Shown here piece after piece: positions 59,330 through 64,000 of a DNA stretch of 64,000 nucleotides. The notes under the pieces are model-generated. The model was given only the letters and a program-made list of their open reading frames with translations, ran no database searches and was not told the origin of the DNA. The DNA comes from Candidatus Poribacteria bacterium (GTDB taxonomy: Bacteria > Poribacteria > WGA-4E > PCPOR2b). Location: positions 1,472,001 to 1,536,000 of the forward strand of contig OZ242326.1 in assembly GCA_965208325.1 (NCBI GenBank), in the 5' to 3' direction. The translations under genes and the position numbers were made by a program. Position 1 is the stretch's first letter. The number at the start of each line of letters is the position of its first letter.

Positions 59330-60523
59330 TCAGTTGTTCGCTTTGTCCGTCAACGCAGCAATACCTGGCAACTCTTTCCCTTCAAGGTATTTGAGCGTGG
59401 CACCGCCGCCTGTAGAAACGTGTGTGATTCGGTCCGCAATGCCCGCTTTATGCGCGGCAGCGACACAATCGCCGCCCCCGATTATGCTGACCGCTTTCGA
59501 TTCGGCAATTCGCTTGGCAATCTCGATTGTGCCTGTCGAAAATTTATCAAACTCGTAGACTCCCAATGGACCGTTCCAAAATACGGTTTTTGCCGCATCA
59601 ATAATTTCCCCAAACGCCGCGATTGAGGTGGGACCAATGTCTAATCTCTCCCATCCATCCGGGATTCCCTCGCGTGCAACAATTTGTGATTCCGCATCTG
59701 CACTCAATTCCTTTGCAATGAGGTGATCGTGCGGCAAATGAATAGGGATGTTCCGGCTCGATGCTTTTCTCAGTAATCCAATCGCAATTTCAAGATTTTC
59801 CGATTCTACAACGGCCTTCCCAACCGGCATCCCCATAGCTTTGAGAAAGGTATTTGTCATCCTTCCGCCGATAATTATCTCATTGACCTTACCCAAAAGG
59901 TTTTCAATCATGCCAATTTTATCAGAAATTTTAACTCCGCCCAAAATGGCGAGAAAAGGGCGTTCCGGATTTTGAAGGGTTTTGTTCAGATGTCTGAGTT
60001 CTCTTTCCACCAATAAGCCCGCGGCGGACTGGTCGAAAAATCGGGTAACACCTTCGGTCGATGCATGGGCGCGGTGTGCTGTGCCAAAGGCGTCATTCAC
60101 GTATATGTCGGCGAGCGATGCAAGTGCTTTCGCAAACTCAGGATTGTTCGCTGTTTCCTCCTTATGAAAGCGGACATTCTCAAGTAGTAGGACGCCGCCA
60201 TCCTGAAGTTGAGAAATGGACGTTGCCACTTCAGGTCCAACACAATCGAGGGCATGTATGACACGCTGCCCCATCAGGCGGCTGAGATGCTCTGCAATCG
60301 AGGCAGTCGAGAATGCAGAATCAAACCCGTTGGGACGCCCCAAATGCGTAATCAATATGATTTTGGCGCCGTTAGCGATTAGATGTAAAATCGTTGGTAG
60401 TGCAGCCCGGATGCGAGTGTCATCGGCAACTCGCGGCCCCTCCATCAAGACATTGAAGTCAACACGCACCAACACCCGTTTTCCAGCCACAGCTAAATCG
60501 CGTAATCCAAGTTTTTCCCCCAT
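59330..60523 (-). CDS. pgk: Phosphoglycerate kinase
   Basis: RVDFNV, HLGRP, LLENVRF, NDAFGTAHRAHAS, WNGPLG..E, GGGD, STGGGA. Confidence 0.93.
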   Translation of the reverse strand: MGEKLGLRDLAVAGKRVLVRVDFNVLMEGPRVADDTRIRAALPTILHLIANGAKIILITHLGRPNGFDSAFSTASIAEHLSRLMGQRVIHALDCVGPEVATSISQLQDGGVLLLENVRFHKEETANNPEFAKALASLADIYVNDAFGTAHRAHASTEGVTRFFDQSAAGLLVERELRHLNKTLQNPERPFLAILGGVKISDKIGMIENLLGKVNEIIIGGRMTNTFLKAMGMPVGKAVVESENLEIAIGLLRKASSRNIPIHLPHDHLIAKELSADAESQIVAREGIPDGWERLDIGPTSIAAFGEIIDAAKTVFWNGPLGVYEFDKFSTGTIEIAKRIAESKAVSIIGGGDCVAAAHKAGIADRITHVSTGGGATLKYLEGKELPGIAALTDKANN

Positions 60524-60696
60524 AGTCAATTCTCCGTGAAATTGTGTGGTGTAAGGCTGGGGTGCATTGCGTGTGACTTACCATTTACCGCACGCTTCGC
60601 CTGGGGTTGCGTTCCATTATTGCATTTCACCCCGTTTCGGCGCACCATATATATGCAGTGATTGTGTTAAACCGAATCACCGCGCCGGTAGGAAAA

Positions 60697-61932
60697 CTAC
60701 ATCGGTTCAACGACAATTCCCATGAACAACATGGACTTGGTCAAGCCGTCATAGATAGCAAAAAAGAAAGGCCGGTCTACAATGAAGCTTGGCGGCGCAG
60801 ACTCAACACCTACGACAACAGTTACCGCTGCTGCTTCAGTGCCCTCTTCGTTGACCTCCACGAAGGCTTTGTGCCGAACTTCGCTAATGAACAAACTTGG
60901 TCCCATGCCGCTGAAATCCGCTCCACCACCGAAAGCGATGTCCATTCCGAGTGCTTTGAGAGTGTCATTCAGCTGTACCTCGTATTCCAGCTTGAACCGC
61001 GGAAGTATCATCATGCTGTCATCCGTACCTTCATGAAACTGCGGCAACCAGATTAACCAATTTTCAGAATTTAGAACACCCAGAAACTCATCTAAATTCG
61101 AGTCGCGGTCGGGCAGGAAGATATACATGTTCACATTCCCGTCCCCGTAGGGTAAGCTCGCTGCTTCAAATGCATCGCCGCGAAAGTATGGGTACGCTCC
61201 CTCTCGGGTCATCATCGGTACCTGCTTCTCGGCCCCATCCGATAACCGGAAAATACCGTCCCGTGTTCTTGACTTGTCGAACTCCTCCTTCCAACTTCCT
61301 TTGAAATAGATCGCGTTAATCAACATAATCAGTGTCCGGGGATCGATGCGTTGAACAATCTTCTTTATTTTCCCCTTTGTGTTTGTATCTACCCAACCGT
61401 TGATGGTTTCTGGCGCTTCCGGCGCACCAAAATCCAGCGCGGTAATTTCCGCACCAAAAAATTCACGGTTTCGATTCAAAAAATCGGGGTTAAATTCAAC
61501 TCCCTGCCGTCCCCAAATCGAATTTGCGATCGAAAGTTGGACTTCTGATCCACGGTTTTCGAGGCTCTCTCGCAAGGCGGCGTTCGAGCGGTTGACGGAG
61601 TCTCTGTCCAACCCTTCTATTTCTAAAACCTCCGCCATGGCGAGTTGTGTGTCTTCAACAGCACCATTGTACGTCATGGTGAGCGCTATCGAGATGCTCA
61701 ATGGAGAGATGAAGATATTCGTTCCCGGTTCGCGTGATTGGACATCCGAAAGCAACTTAAAGCCAAATCTCGTGTTTGCCGTAGCCACGCTTGAAAAAGC
61801 TGGATCCCTAATGATGTCCAAAACATCTCCGATATTGTCCGGGGGAGAGTCACCATCGGAACAACTGAGCATGCACAGCAGCATTATACTCGCAAATCTA
61901 ATAAGAATCTGATGATGCCAAGGTATCTTCAT
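60697..61932 (-). CDS. Serpin (serine protease inhibitor), putative lipoprotein
   Basis: NIFISPLSI, INAIYFKGSW, VPMM, LPRFKLEY, EVNEEGTEAAAVT hinge, DRPFFFAI; lipobox-like MLSC. Confidence 0.95.
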   Translation of the reverse strand: MKIPWHHQILIRFASIMLLCMLSCSDGDSPPDNIGDVLDIIRDPAFSSVATANTRFGFKLLSDVQSREPGTNIFISPLSISIALTMTYNGAVEDTQLAMAEVLEIEGLDRDSVNRSNAALRESLENRGSEVQLSIANSIWGRQGVEFNPDFLNRNREFFGAEITALDFGAPEAPETINGWVDTNTKGKIKKIVQRIDPRTLIMLINAIYFKGSWKEEFDKSRTRDGIFRLSDGAEKQVPMMTREGAYPYFRGDAFEAASLPYGDGNVNMYIFLPDRDSNLDEFLGVLNSENWLIWLPQFHEGTDDSMMILPRFKLEYEVQLNDTLKALGMDIAFGGGADFSGMGPSLFISEVRHKAFVEVNEEGTEAAAVTVVVGVESAPPSFIVDRPFFFAIYDGLTKSMLFMGIVVEPM

Positions 61933-61933
61933 T

Positions 61934-63109
61934 TTACCTTCCCTGTGCCGCAGCCACCGCTTTTTGCGCGGATTCTGTTAACCCGTCGGCGGTGATTAAA
62001 TTCAAACCGGAATTAGCAAACAGTCCTTTCGCCAACTCAACATTTGTACCCTCTAACCGCACAACCAGCGGCACTTTTAAATCGACCTGCTTAATCGCTT
62101 CAATAATCCCGTTGGCGATCGTGTCGCATTTCACAATGCCTCCGAAAATATTGACTAGCACTGCTTTCACCTTTTCATCAGCGAGAATCAGGCGAAAAGC
62201 GTGTTCAACACCTTCGGTTGTTACACCACCGCCGACATCAAGGAAATTCGCGGGTTCCCCGCCGTGCAACTTAATTAAATCCATCGTCGCCATCGCCAGC
62301 CCGGCCCCGTTGACCATGCAGCCTATGTTTCCATCAAGGCTGATGTAACTCAGGCCCGACTGTTTGGCTTCCAGCTCTCTCGGATTTTCTTCATGCGGGT
62401 CTCGCATGGCTTCGATATCTTTATGCCGCCACAGCGCATTGTCGTCGAAATTCAGCTTAGCGTCGACTGCAAGCAGATCAGGTCCGCTGTCAGTCTTTGT
62501 GATTGCCAGCGGGTTAATCTCTGCAAGTAAGCAGTCGCAGTCAACGAAAGTATTGTACAAACCGCTCATCATACCGGTTGCCTTGGAGATGAGATTTTCG
62601 GGAATATTCAAGCCGTAAGCCAGTTTTCGCGCTTGAAAGGCTTGAAAGCCGACTGACGAATCAATCACCTCATTAAGAATTTTTTCAGGACTAGTCGCGG
62701 CAACCGCTTCAATGTCCACACCGCCCTCTTCGCTTCCCATCATTACCAACCGGGAACTCGCTCGATCAAGGACGATGCTGAGGTATAGTTCCCGCACAAT
62801 CTCTTGCGCCTCGGCGACCAGGCATTTCCGTACCCGCTTTCCGCCCGGCCCCGTCTGGTGCGTGACCAGCTGCATGCCGAGAATTGCCTCAGCGTGCTCT
62901 CGGACCATTTCAGGGCTAGTGGCGAGCTTGACGCCGCCTCCCTTTCCGCGTCCGCCGGCGTGAATTTGGGCTTTCACAACATATGTGGGACAGTTTAGTT
63001 GCCGGGCTACCCGCTCCGCTTCATCGGGAGTGGACGCTACTTCTCCGCGCGGGACATTTACACCGTGGGCTTCCAATAATTCTTTCGCTTGATATTCATG
63101 TACATTCAT
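61934..63109 (-). CDS. sucC: Succinyl-CoA synthetase beta subunit
   Basis: [49 protein letters not shown]. Confidence 0.98.
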   Translation of the reverse strand: MNVHEYQAKELLEAHGVNVPRGEVASTPDEAERVARQLNCPTYVVKAQIHAGGRGKGGGVKLATSPEMVREHAEAILGMQLVTHQTGPGGKRVRKCLVAEAQEIVRELYLSIVLDRASSRLVMMGSEEGGVDIEAVAATSPEKILNEVIDSSVGFQAFQARKLAYGLNIPENLISKATGMMSGLYNTFVDCDCLLAEINPLAITKTDSGPDLLAVDAKLNFDDNALWRHKDIEAMRDPHEENPRELEAKQSGLSYISLDGNIGCMVNGAGLAMATMDLIKLHGGEPANFLDVGGGVTTEGVEHAFRLILADEKVKAVLVNIFGGIVKCDTIANGIIEAIKQVDLKVPLVVRLEGTNVELAKGLFANSGLNLITADGLTESAQKAVAAAQGR

Positions 63110-63265
63110 TCCGTTCCTCCAAACAAGTTTGTCTAAATGGAAATATTACGCAACACCGATTGCGCATCCATCGCACAGGTACGTCGATACCGTTTGCTTG
63201 CACGGGAAGGCTTCCGAATTGCTGCCGGCGGTGCAATGGTGCCAGTTTGCCAATTAAAAATGCCG

Positions 63266-64000
63266 CTAATCAAACTCGTCTAATTGGACAATTCGATGTT
63301 CATCGTAGGATTTTCGCGCCGCTAATGCCATCACAATTGACGCGCGCCCGTCAACGCCCCCCACGAGCGGCAGTGTATCCTTCTGAATCGAAGTGACGAA
63401 TTCTTTCATTTCAGCTAGATAAGACGCTTGGTACCGTTCGATGAAAAAGTATAACGGCTGCGCACTGTGAATCCCGCTTGTATCGGCATGAATATGGGTA
63501 TCTGTCGTGTTGTTTTCAATGCGCATCATACCCGCGTCGCCGAATACCTCTAGCCGCTGATCGTACCCGTACACGGCCTGGTAGCTGTTATCAATGGTTC
63601 CAATTGCGCCATTCGCAAATCGAATTGTGATGACTACCGTATCAAGATCGCCGGACGCCGCAAAATCCGTGTGTACTAACACGCCGCCGGCCGCATAGAT
63701 TTCGACGGCCTCACTTCCCATGATGTAACGCGCCATATCAAAATCGTGGATTGATGTTTCCAAAAATATGCCGCCCCATGTGCGCACATAATCGGGCGAC
63801 GGCGGCTCAGGATCACGGCTCGTAATGCGCAAGACATGGGGGGTACCGATTTTGCCCGCATTTACCATTTTCCACACCCGATGGAAGTTGGCATCAAAGC
63901 GTCGATTAAAGCCAATCTGTAACTTCACTCCCTTTTTTTCAACCGCTGCCAATGCCAAATCGATTGCTTTAAGTTCAAATCCAATCGGTTTCTCACAGAA
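63266..64000 (-). CDS. iolG: Inositol 2-dehydrogenase-like Gfo/Idh/MocA oxidoreductase (5' end outside the window)
   Basis: FCEKPI, GFNRRFD, ITSRDP, IHDFDMARY, YGYDQRLEV, FFIERY. Confidence 0.85.
   Translation of the reverse strand, partial: FCEKPIGFELKAIDLALAAVEKKGVKLQIGFNRRFDANFHRVWKMVNAGKIGTPHVLRITSRDPEPPSPDYVRTWGGIFLETSIHDFDMARYIMGSEAVEIYAAGGVLVHTDFAASGDLDTVVITIRFANGAIGTIDNSYQAVYGYDQRLEVFGDAGMMRIENNTTDTHIHADTSGIHSAQPLYFFIERYQASYLAEMKEFVTSIQKDTLPLVGGVDGRASIVMALAARKSYDEHRIVQLDEFD

Overview
A gene-dense, largely housekeeping segment of a diderm bacterial chromosome. The FGE-sulfatase-family gene, sugar oxidoreductases/dehydratase, PorV-like barrel, serpin and GTAG palindromes suggest Candidatus Poribacteria or a similar lineage; this is inference only. 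In order: cinA-like gene, an interrupted DUF4234-like gene plus DUF2752, a DinB-like gene, an FGE-family gene coupled to a lipoate ligase, lysA, a giant tamB plus bamA/tamA, and a tRNA Thr-Tyr-Gly-Thr cluster followed by rpmG-tRNA-Trp-secE-nusG-rplK-rplA-(L10 leader)-rplJ-rplL with no tuf and no rpoBC. Next come a LysM-M23 / beta-barrel-lytic transglycosylase pair, a selenocysteine formate dehydrogenase (split by the ORF track) with a fused NuoEF partner, an ECF sigma/anti-sigma/RseB trio, recJ-relA, rpmB, ligA, dapF-dapA and nhaC. A two-gene defence-like islet follows: an orphan HsdR-N-type nuclease with a tandemly duplicated SeqA-like domain, facing a DUF4011-helicase-nuclease-DUF3320 gene. 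The window ends with iolG-sucC-serpin-pgk-panB-proS-sucD on the minus strand. The most novel-looking signals are the dual-reader nuclease islet, an L10 with four L12-binding segments, a SecE with an internal two-helix insertion, a roughly 73-aa guest module inside TamB, the barrel-SLT fusion, and dispersed GTAG-type REP/REPIN elements. All family assignments come from motif recognition by eye; no searches were run.
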